A DNA stretch of 45,267 bases from Candidatus Rifleibacteriota bacterium. GTDB taxonomy: Bacteria > Muiribacteriota > Ozemobacteria > Ozemobacterales > Ozemobacteraceae. A program made the position numbers and the translations under genes. The DNA lies in assembly GCA_051747585.1 (NCBI GenBank), contig JBNJGH010000018.1, positions 1 to 45,267 on the forward strand. Direction: 5' to 3'. Under the pieces are notes generated by a model that saw only the letters and a list, made by a program, of their open reading frames with translations, was not told the origin of the DNA and did no database searches. Below, in pieces: positions 15,347-23,815 of this stretch; the first letter of the stretch is position 1, and every line of letters begins with the position of its first letter.

Positions 15347-17742
15347 TGATTTACCTTGAAGTCTCTTTTTCACAACCTATTGGCGAAGGAACTCTGACCT
15401 ATCATCTTCCGAACGCTCAGGCCATGCCGGCAAGAGGCTGTAGAGTCGTCGTACCGGTCCAGGGAAGGCAACTGATAGGTTATATTACCGGCATTACCAC
15501 TGAAACACCACCATTTAAAACCCGCCCGATCAACCAACTCGTAGATCCCCTGCCCCTCTTTTCGCCTGAAATGCTCCAACTTGCCGAAGAAACAGCCGAA
15601 TCCTGTGTTGCCAATATTGGCGAAGTTTTGCACGCAATGCTTCCGGGCGGCATAAAAAAAAGAATTGTTCGTCATATTCGTATCGCCAAGCAAGATCAGA
15701 TAGCAAACAACTCTGAAGAACCCGCATTGAATTGGCTACTTGAAAAAGACTGGACAAATTATTCAACTTTCCTTGACCATTTTCCCAAAGCCGCCTCCAG
15801 AGTTTCGCAATGGCTCGAAGCCGGCATTATAGAAATAGCTCACAGTATCAGCAAGTCTGCCGGACCAAAAATTATAAAAGTACTTAAGCCCGCACCTGAC
15901 ATTCCAATTAATGTTGATCAGCTTACGGAAAAACAAAAGCTGGCAATGCAAACCCTGCTCAAACTTAACAACGCTCCAACCGCCAACATGCTGGCAAAAT
16001 TGTCCGGCGTCAGCACAGCCCCAATTAGCCAGCTCAAGAAAAAGGGGCTGGTTATCGAGGTTGAGGAAAGAATTATTCGTCAAGTTGCAACTGAAGACTA
16101 CTACAAAGGCCCCGGTGAAGACATTCCAACTTTAAGTACTGAACAGAAGACTGTCTTAAAAACCATTGAAGACTCATACAATTCAGAAAAACAGCCGGTA
16201 TTGGTTCGCGGGGTAACATGTTCGGGCAAGACTGAAGTTTATCTTCAATGGGTAAATGAAATTCTGGGCAAATCTAAAACCGCCATAGTTCTGGTGCCTG
16301 AGATTTCTTTAACTCCCCAGATGATGAAACGTTTCAAAGACAGATTCGGCAGCAGAGTAGCTATTTTGCACAGCAAACTGTCAACCGGTGAACGCTTTGA
16401 CCAGTGGGAAAAAATCCGCTGTGGGGAAACCCCCGTAGTAGTGGGTGCCCGATCTGCTGTTTTTGCTCCACTACCCCGGCTCGGCACCATAATCCTCGAC
16501 GAAGAAGGCGAACCTTCGTTTAAGCAGGGCGATTCACCCCGCTACCATGCTCGCGATGTTGCTCAAAGACGATGTAAAATTGAAGATGCGCTTCTGATAA
16601 TGGGCTCGGCAACCCCAACCATAGACTCTTTTAACAGCTGCCAGAACAAACATTTTAATCTTGTAGAAATGAATTCCAGAGTCAGCGACCGAAAACCGCC
16701 GGAAGTAGAAGTAGTTGACATGCGTTACGAACTGGTTACCCGCAAAAACCGCTCTATTTTTTCCGAGCCGCTCTCGAAGGCAATCAAAAATACACTGCAA
16801 AATAAAAAACAGGCAATCCTTTTTCTCAACCGCCGGGGTCACAGCAGTTTTGTTTTCTGTCGTGAATGTGGCGAACCCGTTCAATGCTCTCAATGCAAAG
16901 TTTCCCTGGTTTTTCACAAGGGTTCTAACATTCTACGCTGTCATTATTGTGGTGAAATCCAGAATATTCCCAAAACCTGCCCGAACTGTGGCAGCAATAT
17001 GATCAAGTTCTTTGGGGCAGGCACCCAGAGAGTCGAGTCAGAGGCGGCACGCTATTTTCCCGACGCAAAAATTGCCCGCCTCGATTCCGATACTGTCTCT
17101 ACCCGCGGAAGTATGGAAAAAATACTCGACAGCTTTGGAAAAGGCGATATAGATATTCTGGTCGGCACTCAGATGGTCGCCAAAGGGCTGGATTTTCCCA
17201 ATGTAACTCTCGTTGGCATTCTTGCAGCCGACAGTCTTCTGCGAATTCCGGACTTTCGCGCTTCAGAAAGAAATTTTTCGCTCCTGGCTCAGGTTTCCGG
17301 TCGTGCCGGACGTGGAGATTCACCCGGCAAAGTGATTTTGCAAACCTATTCACCGGACCATCATTCAATTAAATATGCCCTGACCGAAGACTATCACGGT
17401 TTTTTCAAAGAAGAAGCAAGACAAAGAAAAGAAGCCCTTTTTCCGCCTTTCATCGAACTGGCCTCGTTCATTATTTCATCGAAAGACAACGAAAAAGCCC
17501 AATCAACTTCTCAGCAGCTTTTTGAAAATCTGATAAGTTTCAGCGAAATCGATGAAGAAATGGTTTTTGGCCCTGCTCCAGCCGCCATAGAAAGATTACA
17601 TGGCCGCTTCAGATACCAGTTAATGCTCAAAATGAGTGACCAGAACGTGCTCACCACCCTGGTTAGAAAAGCGCTGTCCCAACTCAAAAAACCGGGCGAC
17701 ACAAGGGTAAGTGTAGACATCAACCCCTGGTTCATGCTCTAA
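15346..17742 (+). CDS. priA: Primosomal protein N' (replication restart helicase)
   Basis: GVTCSGKTEVY, LVPEISLTPQ, VVGARSAVFAP, DEEGE.SFKQ, GSATP, LNRRG, four CxxC, GTQMVAKGLDFP, QVSGRAGR, VDINP. Confidence 0.97.
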   Translation: MIYLEVSFSQPIGEGTLTYHLPNAQAMPARGCRVVVPVQGRQLIGYITGITTETPPFKTRPINQLVDPLPLFSPEMLQLAEETAESCVANIGEVLHAMLPGGIKKRIVRHIRIAKQDQIANNSEEPALNWLLEKDWTNYSTFLDHFPKAASRVSQWLEAGIIEIAHSISKSAGPKIIKVLKPAPDIPINVDQLTEKQKLAMQTLLKLNNAPTANMLAKLSGVSTAPISQLKKKGLVIEVEERIIRQVATEDYYKGPGEDIPTLSTEQKTVLKTIEDSYNSEKQPVLVRGVTCSGKTEVYLQWVNEILGKSKTAIVLVPEISLTPQMMKRFKDRFGSRVAILHSKLSTGERFDQWEKIRCGETPVVVGARSAVFAPLPRLGTIILDEEGEPSFKQGDSPRYHARDVAQRRCKIEDALLIMGSATPTIDSFNSCQNKHFNLVEMNSRVSDRKPPEVEVVDMRYELVTRKNRSIFSEPLSKAIKNTLQNKKQAILFLNRRGHSSFVFCRECGEPVQCSQCKVSLVFHKGSNILRCHYCGEIQNIPKTCPNCGSNMIKFFGAGTQRVESEAARYFPDAKIARLDSDTVSTRGSMEKILDSFGKGDIDILVGTQMVAKGLDFPNVTLVGILAADSLLRIPDFRASERNFSLLAQVSGRAGRGDSPGKVILQTYSPDHHSIKYALTEDYHGFFKEEARQRKEALFPPFIELASFIISSKDNEKAQSTSQQLFENLISFSEIDEEMVFGPAPAAIERLHGRFRYQLMLKMSDQNVLTTLVRKALSQLKKPGDTRVSVDINPWFML

Positions 17743-17840
17743 CAGATTAAGCATCACACAAAGCCACTGTAGACACTAAGAAAAATTAAAACAATTTCGG
17801 GTGTCCGCGTCGGTATCGAATTTCGCTTTTCGTAATTTTC
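17741..17840. repeat. Repeat fragments: family-A outer flank (inverted) and family-C module
   Basis: AACAGATTAAGCATCACACAAAGCC resembles A4 AACAGATTAAGCCTCACGACAAGCC (38021-38045). CGGTATCGAATTTCGCTTTTCGTAATT resembles CGGAATCGGAATCGCTTTTCGTCATT (29450-29475). Confidence 0.55.
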
Positions 17841-17854
17841 TAAAAATTAACTGA

Positions 17855-18225
17855 CAGAAATTCTCAGTGAACCGTTATTAGGTTTTCTTCAAAAGTTTTG
17901 TCTTGATTTATTACTGTCAAATATAGAATTTTAACCACTGAGATCGCTGAGGGCACCGAGACGATTTTAAAATCTTTTTCAGCCCTTGTTCCCGGCAACA
18001 GCAGACTCTCAGAAAAGCACCAGTGTTTTTCTGAGAGTCTGCTGTTGCCGGGAAAGCCGGGCGGTTAAACCGCCCGGCTGATTGTCCAAAGGACAATCCA
18101 CGGCTGAAAAAGATTCTCTGTGTAACTCTGTGAGCTCTGTGGTTTTTTTCTGGCTGATTTGAGGCCTGGTTTAAGGAAAATCCTTTTTCTTAAACGAGTT
18201 AATAATCGCTAACCGAGAATTACTG
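17855..18225 (+). repeat. Nested palindromic element A2 (371 bp, complete)
   Basis: Termini CAGAAATTCTCAGT/ACCGAGAATTACTG; inner IR AATCTTTTTCAGCC 17971-17984 / GGCTGAAAAAGATT 18102-18115; 66-bp hairpin 17989-18054 followed by two short hairpins. Confidence 0.92.
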
Positions 18226-18304
18226 TAAAACGCAATGGGTACTTTAAATTTTTTCGTATTATGATATATTATTAATGAATAATGTTAGTTTTCCGGAGGA
18301 AAAA

Positions 18305-18817
18305 ATGGTTTATCGAGTATTACACTATGGTGAATCTCCATTAAGAAAAGAATCAGAAGAAATAAGCGAAATCAACGAAGAAATCGAAAAACTTGTTGAA
18401 GATATGTTTGAAACCATGTATGACAGCAATGGTGTAGGCCTTGCCGCTCCCCAGGTTGGCAAAAACATCAGGCTTTGCGTTATAGATACCGGCGACGATC
18501 CGTTGATTTTCATAAATCCAGAGATTATAAAAAAATCTGGAAAAGAAGTTGATGATGAAGGCTGCCTTTCATTACCCGGCCTGAGCGAAAAAGTTGCCCG
18601 CGCAACCACAGTAGTCGCCAGAGCAACTGACATTGACGGCAGTGAATTCGAAATCGAAGCAGAAGGCCTGCTGGCCCGCGCCATTCAACATGAACTTGAT
18701 CACCTCGATGGAGTTCTCTTTATCGATAGAATTTCTAAAGCACGCCGGCTGCAGCTCAAAAATGAGCTCGAGCTTATCCAACAAGGTGAAACAATTCAAC
18801 AGGAAGCGGTTGCATGA
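18305..18817 (+). CDS. def: Peptide deformylase
   Basis: GVGLAAPQVG, EGCLSLPG, QHELDHLDG; GGAGG SD supports ATG 18305. Confidence 0.97.
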   Translation: MVYRVLHYGESPLRKESEEISEINEEIEKLVEDMFETMYDSNGVGLAAPQVGKNIRLCVIDTGDDPLIFINPEIIKKSGKEVDDEGCLSLPGLSEKVARATTVVARATDIDGSEFEIEAEGLLARAIQHELDHLDGVLFIDRISKARRLQLKNELELIQQGETIQQEAVA

Positions 18818-19755
18818 GTTTAAACAAATACAGGGTAGTATTTATGGGCTGCCCTGATTTTGCGGTTCCATCTCTGCAAGCGTTGGTTGAAGACGAAAAT
18901 TTTTCTGTAAATGCAGTTTATTGCATGCCTGACAAACCAAAGGGTAGAGGCAAAAAGTTAGCCCCTACCCCGGTTAAAGTCTGTGCACAAAAACTGGGAA
19001 TCGAAGTTAATACCCCCTCTTCCTTTAAAAAATTCCCCGAAGAAATAGAAAAACTGCGAAGCTATAAACCTGACTTTCTCGTAGTTGTTGCCTATGGTCT
19101 GATTCTCCCTCAGGCGGTTTTAGACATACCGGCCATCGCTTCGGTCAATGTCCATGCATCTCTTTTACCGCTTTATCGTGGTCCCGCTCCGATTCATCAT
19201 GCAATTATGAATGGCGACAAAGTTACCGGCAACACCCTGATGCTTATGAACAACCGAATGGATGAAGGCGATATTCTGGCCACCTCAAAAGTTGAAATTG
19301 GCCCGGGCGATAACCTTGAAAAGCTTCACGATCGCCTTAGTCTCGACGGGGCAAAACTTTTAATTCCTACTCTTAAAAATTTTGCTGCGGGTAAAATTGA
19401 GCCACAGCCACAAAACCATGAACTGGCAACCTATACCGGCAAAATTAACAAAGAATTGGCTGCAATTGACTGGAATAAGAGCGCACCTTCGCTCTACAAC
19501 CTCATTCGTGCGATGAACCCTTACCCCGGTGCCTGGTTCAAAGACGGGAAAGAAAAAATAAAAGTTTTTACGGCAGAAATCGGGCCATCGACGCAAGCTG
19601 CCCCCGGCACCCTTTTAAGCAAAGAAAAAAAGATACAGGTTGCCTGCGGAGAGAATACCAGTCTATTTCTCACCACTCTTCAGCGCCCCGGAAAATCACG
19701 TCTCGACAGCGAATCTTTTCTGCGCGGTTATCAATTTAAGACCCATATCCTTTAA
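18814..19755 (+). CDS. fmt: Methionyl-tRNA formyltransferase
   Basis: VFMGCPDFA, PDKPKGRG, VVAYGLILP, NVHASLLP.YRGPAPI, MDEGDIL. Confidence 0.97.
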   Translation: MSLNKYRVVFMGCPDFAVPSLQALVEDENFSVNAVYCMPDKPKGRGKKLAPTPVKVCAQKLGIEVNTPSSFKKFPEEIEKLRSYKPDFLVVVAYGLILPQAVLDIPAIASVNVHASLLPLYRGPAPIHHAIMNGDKVTGNTLMLMNNRMDEGDILATSKVEIGPGDNLEKLHDRLSLDGAKLLIPTLKNFAAGKIEPQPQNHELATYTGKINKELAAIDWNKSAPSLYNLIRAMNPYPGAWFKDGKEKIKVFTAEIGPSTQAAPGTLLSKEKKIQVACGENTSLFLTTLQRPGKSRLDSESFLRGYQFKTHIL

Positions 19756-19970
19756 TAGTAATTATCCATTTTGTAATATAAGTGGGTTTCAAGACATTTT
19801 TGTTTCTTTTAAACATTAAATTTTAGAATATCAAAGATTGCTTCTTCGTTCTGCTTCGCATAAAGCTACGCAGAACTCATCGCAATGACAATTTGGGGCT
19901 GTCATTGCGAGCGAAGCGAAGCAATCTAAATGTCTTGAAACCTTTATTATAAAAACATGTAGAATTGCTG
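19756..19970 (+). repeat. Nested palindromic element B2 (215 bp); inner cassette inverted relative to B1
   Basis: Outer flanks colinear with B1; 19845-19917 matches the reverse complement of B1 12858-12925; right end AGAATTGCTG is family-A-like. Confidence 0.9.
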
Positions 19971-19994
19971 AATACTTTAAAGCTTGCAAATACT

Positions 19995-20012
19995 TTGATA
20001 TTTTTTGCACAA
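19995..20012. promoter_or_regulatory. Candidate Rex operator upstream of rex
   Basis: 18-bp TTGATATTTTTTGCACAA resembles the TTGTGAA-N4-TTCACAA consensus and lies just upstream of a possible -35 TTGCAA (20017-20022). Confidence 0.45.
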
Positions 20013-20076
20013 ACTATTGCAAATTTCTTTTTTTCTGTGATATTAACTCTTATACCAGTTTCAAGGAGAAAGAAAG

Positions 20077-20754
20077 TTGCCAAAAAAATCCGTACCCCCG
20101 CAAGCCACGATTCGACGACTTTCTGTTTATCTTCGCTATTTAAGCAGCCTTGAAAACGACGGTATACAAGTAGTTTCTTCTCAATCCCTGGCCGAACGCC
20201 TCGGTTTGAACTCTGCTCAGGTAAGAAAAGATCTCGCTTATTTTGGCGAAATGGGAAAACGCGGAGTCGGTTATAAAGTTAAGAAGCTACGTGATCACAT
20301 AATTAAAATTCTCGGGCTGCAGCATCTACGCAAAGTTGGCATTATCGGTGCGGGCGGACGACTTGGCCGCGCTCTTGCTCTTTATACCGGTTTTGAAAAA
20401 AGAAATTTCAAGGTTTCTGCCCTTTTCGATGTTGACCAGGAAGTGGTTGGAACAATGCTTGCGAGGGAAGCCGGTGCAATAATGCATATCGACGAATTAC
20501 CCCGGGCAGTTAAAGAACGAGAGATTGAAATTCTTATATTAACTGTTCCTGCCGAGGCAATAAAGTCTGTTTATGATATTGTTATGCTTTCAGGGGTTAA
20601 GGCTGTATTGAACTTTGCTCCTTTCAAGCTGATTTCAACCGAAGATGTAGTTGTACACAATGTCGATTTGACTACCGAGCTCGAATCGTTGAGCTATCAC
20701 CTGCAACTGCATGAATCCAGATGCGATCTTTTTAGTGCAAACAACGAAGACTAA
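20077..20754 (+). CDS. rex: Redox-sensing transcriptional repressor Rex
   Basis: P.ATIRRLSVYLRYL, SSQSLA, SAQVRKDLAYFGEMGKRGVGY, IIGAGGRLGRAL, ILTVP, LNFAP; TTG start with AAGGAG SD. Confidence 0.96.
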   Translation: MPKKSVPPQATIRRLSVYLRYLSSLENDGIQVVSSQSLAERLGLNSAQVRKDLAYFGEMGKRGVGYKVKKLRDHIIKILGLQHLRKVGIIGAGGRLGRALALYTGFEKRNFKVSALFDVDQEVVGTMLAREAGAIMHIDELPRAVKEREIEILILTVPAEAIKSVYDIVMLSGVKAVLNFAPFKLISTEDVVVHNVDLTTELESLSYHLQLHESRCDLFSANNED

Positions 20755-20797
20755 AACTAACAACTTTCTTAATTGAATTTTTTCTGGCAACGGCTGC

Positions 20798-21165
20798 CAG
20801 GAATTCCCGGTGAACATTTATCAGATGCTTACAAAAAGTTCTGGTTTTATTTTTTTAGGGCAAATAAAGAATTTAAACCACTGAGGCCACCGAGGACACA
20901 GAGTTGATTTTTTAATCTTTTTCAGCAAGGATTGTCCTTTGGACAATCAGCCGGCGGTTTCACCGCCCGGCTTTCTCTTCTTCAACAAGCCTTCAGAAAA
21001 GCACTCGTGTTTTTCTGAAGGCTTGTTGAAGAAGAGAACAATGGCTGAAAAAGATTCTCTGTGTTCTCTGTGTGCTCGGTGGTTATTTTCTTTGTGGCTT
21101 TGAGGCTTTGTGTGAGGCATAGTCTTTTCTGTTACAAACTGATAATCATTAACTGAGAATTGCTG
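20798..21165 (+). repeat. Nested palindromic element A3 (368 bp, complete); inner cassette inverted relative to A2
   Basis: Termini CAGGAATTCCCGGT/ACTGAGAATTGCTG; inner IR 20914-20926 / 21043-21056; short hairpins come first, then the 66-bp hairpin 20973-21038. Confidence 0.92.
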
Positions 21166-21181
21166 CACAGTTGCTCGAACC

Positions 21182-21211
21182 TTGACAGATATTGAATTTG
21201 AGTGATATTTT
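21182..21211 (+). promoter_or_regulatory. Sigma70 promoter for STAS-rel-udg
   Basis: TTGACA 21182-21187, 18 bp, TG-n-TATTTT 21206-21211; AGGAG SD 21234-21238. Confidence 0.6.
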
Positions 21212-21243
21212 ATATTGTCCAATCCTAATTTTCAGGAGTTTTC

Positions 21244-21609
21244 ATGAGTCTCAATATTCAGTCTCAACAGCATGAAAACGATATTTTTGTCATTGAAGTT
21301 CAGGGCGAGATTACCTTCGACAATTCCGATGAACTCAAGACAGAAATTGACAAACATGTAGAACAGAACCATACCAGACTTATAATTGATCTTGCCGGTT
21401 TAAAGTATATGAGCTCTGCCGGAATGGGGGTTCTGGTTCATGGCATGAAAAAGACCAGAGCCAAAGAGGGTGACCTGCGCCTGATAAACCTTGGTGCCAA
21501 AATGAAAAGAGTTTTTATAATAACTCAGTTTACTCACCGGTTTAAAGTTTTCGACAACCTCGACCAAGCCTTGAATAGTTTTAAATCTGATGAAAAGCAG
21601 GTGACCTGA
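21244..21609 (+). CDS. STAS-domain anti-sigma factor antagonist (RsbV/SpoIIAA type)
   Basis: IEVQGEI, LIIDLAGLKYMSSAGMGVLV (phospho-Ser motif), GDLRLINL. Confidence 0.92.
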   Translation: MSLNIQSQQHENDIFVIEVQGEITFDNSDELKTEIDKHVEQNHTRLIIDLAGLKYMSSAGMGVLVHGMKKTRAKEGDLRLINLGAKMKRVFIITQFTHRFKVFDNLDQALNSFKSDEKQVT

Positions 21610-21610
21610 C

Positions 21611-23815
21611 ATTTCACTTTCAGACATTATCAATGCTGTAAAACAATATAATCCTGAAGCCGACTTCGATCGTATAAAGCAGGCTTATAATTTTGCAAAA
21701 GAATGCCATAAAGACCAGTTCAGGGCATCGGGAGAACCTTATTTTCTTCATCCCGAATCGGTAGCCATGATTGTTGCTACGGAGCTTCGCCTTGATTCAA
21801 CTTCTATATGCGCCGCACTGCTTCACGATGTAATTGAAGACACGCCTGTAACCGCAAATGATATAGAAGAAATGTTCGACCCTACCATGGCGCAACTGGT
21901 TGAAGGCGTAACAAAGTTGAACAAGATGTTCTTCAGCTCTGCTACAGCTGCTCAGGCTGCTAACTTCAGAAAAATGCTCTTTGCCATGACCAATGATGTC
22001 AGAGTTATTTTAATAAAGCTGGCAGATAGACTGCACAACATCAGAACCCTGCAATACCTGCCGCCGGTAAAGCAAAAGTATGTAGCCCGCGAAACCATAG
22101 AAATCTATGCTCCCCTCGCCCACCGGCTTGGGATCAACAAAGTTAAAAGCGAACTCGAAGAAACTTCTTTCAAGTTTATTCAGCCCGAAAAATATAAAGA
22201 AATTAATGAATTTTTAACCAAAGCAGGGCTTGAAGGCGAAAAAAAGCTTCAGGCCGCCATGCACAAAATTCAAGAACATCTTCGCGAATATCATATCAAA
22301 GCAAATATTTCAGGCCGCCCGAAACAAGCTTTCTCGATTTATAACAAGCTGGTTAAATATAATGCCGATCTTGAAGGATTATATGACTTTTTAGGCATTC
22401 GCATAATAACCAGGTCGGTAAAAGACTGTTATGCAGCCCTGGGAATGGTTCATAAAAACTGGAAACCCATACCAGGACGCTTTAAAGATTATATCGCCGT
22501 TCCAAAACCCAATATGTATCAGTCTCTGCATACTACGGTTATTTTTGACGGTCAACCGCTCGAGGTGCAGATCAGAACCGAAGAAATGCACCGCATTGCC
22601 GAAGAAGGCATCGCTGCGCACTGGGATTACAAAGAAGGCACTCACAAGAACGTAACCCCCGATTACAAAGAAAAGCTATCCTGGCTGCGCAATCTCATTG
22701 ACTGGTATCAAGAAGTTAAAGACGCCTCAGAATTCATGGAGACGGTCAAAGTTGAATTGTTTCAATATCATGTTTATGTTTTTACTCCAAAGGGTGAAGT
22801 AATAGAGTTACCCAGCGGAAGCACTCCGATTGATTTTGCTTACAGCATCCACACCGATGTCGGACATCGCTGCATGGGTGCCAAAGTCAACGGGAACATT
22901 GTTCCGCTCGAATATAAGTTACAAAACGGTGATATCGTCTCGATTATTACCAGCAAAAACCAGAAAGGCCCAAGCCGCGACTGGCTCAAAATAGTAGGCA
23001 GTGCCAGTGCCCGCCGCAAAATCAGAGTCTGGCTGCGAAAAGAATTCCGCGATGAATACATAATTTCTGGCGAGCGTGAATTTTTAGAAACTTTCAGCCG
23101 CATGGGCGGAGACCGGGAAACCGAAAAAACTTTTAAAACCAACGCTTTTACTGCCAGGGTTAAAGAGCTTGGCTTCCCTTCAAAAGAAGAACTCTATGCC
23201 GGAGTCGGCTCAGGCGAAGTCAGAGCTCAACAGGTTATTGGTAAACTGTTTCCTGATCTGGTAGTCAAATCAACTCCGAAAAAGAACAAACCGACTCGAA
23301 AACAGAAGCAGAAAGCCAAACAGCAAAAAGGGCCGAAAATTATAGTTGGTGGGCTCGAAGACACACTTATAAAAATATCCAAATGCTGCAACCCTATTCC
23401 CGGAGATGACATAATAGGCTATATTACCCGTGGCCGAGGTGTTACCGTTCATAAAAAGAACTGCCCTAACGCTCGCCATCTGGTATCAGACAACGAAAAC
23501 AGACTGATTGACGTTCGCTGGGATATGGGCATCGAAGACGAGAACGAACCCACAAGTGAATATCTTGCCAAAGTCAGAGTAGAAACAACCGACCGCAAGG
23601 GAATGCTCAATTCTGTCACCTCAGTAATAGCCAATCAGGGCGTTAATATCCATTCAGCGGCAGCAAAAACGACCAAACAAAAAACCGGTCTGCTCGACTT
23701 TTCGGTTGAAGTTCGCAACTCTACCTCGCTCGACAGTCTTATGCGCGCAATTTCGCGACTTATAGGCGTTACCAAAGTTTATCGACTCGAAAAACAGGGT
23801 AAAAAGAAGAAGTAA
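21611..23815 (+). CDS. rel: Bifunctional (p)ppGpp synthetase/hydrolase Rel (long RSH); probable ATT start
   Basis: In-frame region upstream of ATG 21767 encodes AYNFAKECHKDQFRASGEPYFLHPESVA; LLHDVIEDT, KLADRLHN, RFKDY, YQSLHT, EVQIRT, TGS, CCNPIPGD, ACT. Gene identity is firm, start position inferred. Confidence 0.95.
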   Translation: MSLSDIINAVKQYNPEADFDRIKQAYNFAKECHKDQFRASGEPYFLHPESVAMIVATELRLDSTSICAALLHDVIEDTPVTANDIEEMFDPTMAQLVEGVTKLNKMFFSSATAAQAANFRKMLFAMTNDVRVILIKLADRLHNIRTLQYLPPVKQKYVARETIEIYAPLAHRLGINKVKSELEETSFKFIQPEKYKEINEFLTKAGLEGEKKLQAAMHKIQEHLREYHIKANISGRPKQAFSIYNKLVKYNADLEGLYDFLGIRIITRSVKDCYAALGMVHKNWKPIPGRFKDYIAVPKPNMYQSLHTTVIFDGQPLEVQIRTEEMHRIAEEGIAAHWDYKEGTHKNVTPDYKEKLSWLRNLIDWYQEVKDASEFMETVKVELFQYHVYVFTPKGEVIELPSGSTPIDFAYSIHTDVGHRCMGAKVNGNIVPLEYKLQNGDIVSIITSKNQKGPSRDWLKIVGSASARRKIRVWLRKEFRDEYIISGEREFLETFSRMGGDRETEKTFKTNAFTARVKELGFPSKEELYAGVGSGEVRAQQVIGKLFPDLVVKSTPKKNKPTRKQKQKAKQQKGPKIIVGGLEDTLIKISKCCNPIPGDDIIGYITRGRGVTVHKKNCPNARHLVSDNENRLIDVRWDMGIEDENEPTSEYLAKVRVETTDRKGMLNSVTSVIANQGVNIHSAAAKTTKQKTGLLDFSVEVRNSTSLDSLMRAISRLIGVTKVYRLEKQGKKKK

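Noticed and set aside
20947..21222. 91-aa ORF with HRAHREHRE repeat
   Set aside because: It is a translation of element A3's 9-bp periodic layer; the other copies do not show the same ORF in the track.
21602..21604. Selenocysteine or alternative genetic code at the rel in-frame TGA
   Set aside because: The position is outside any conserved Cys site, no SECIS-like hairpin is obvious, and TGA ends other genes here at their expected C-termini (e.g. remA, def, STAS).
21595..21613. RF2-like +1 frameshift fusing STAS to Rel at ACC-TGA-C
   Set aside because: tRNA-Thr cannot re-pair from ACC to CCT, and an ATT start explains the sequence more simply.
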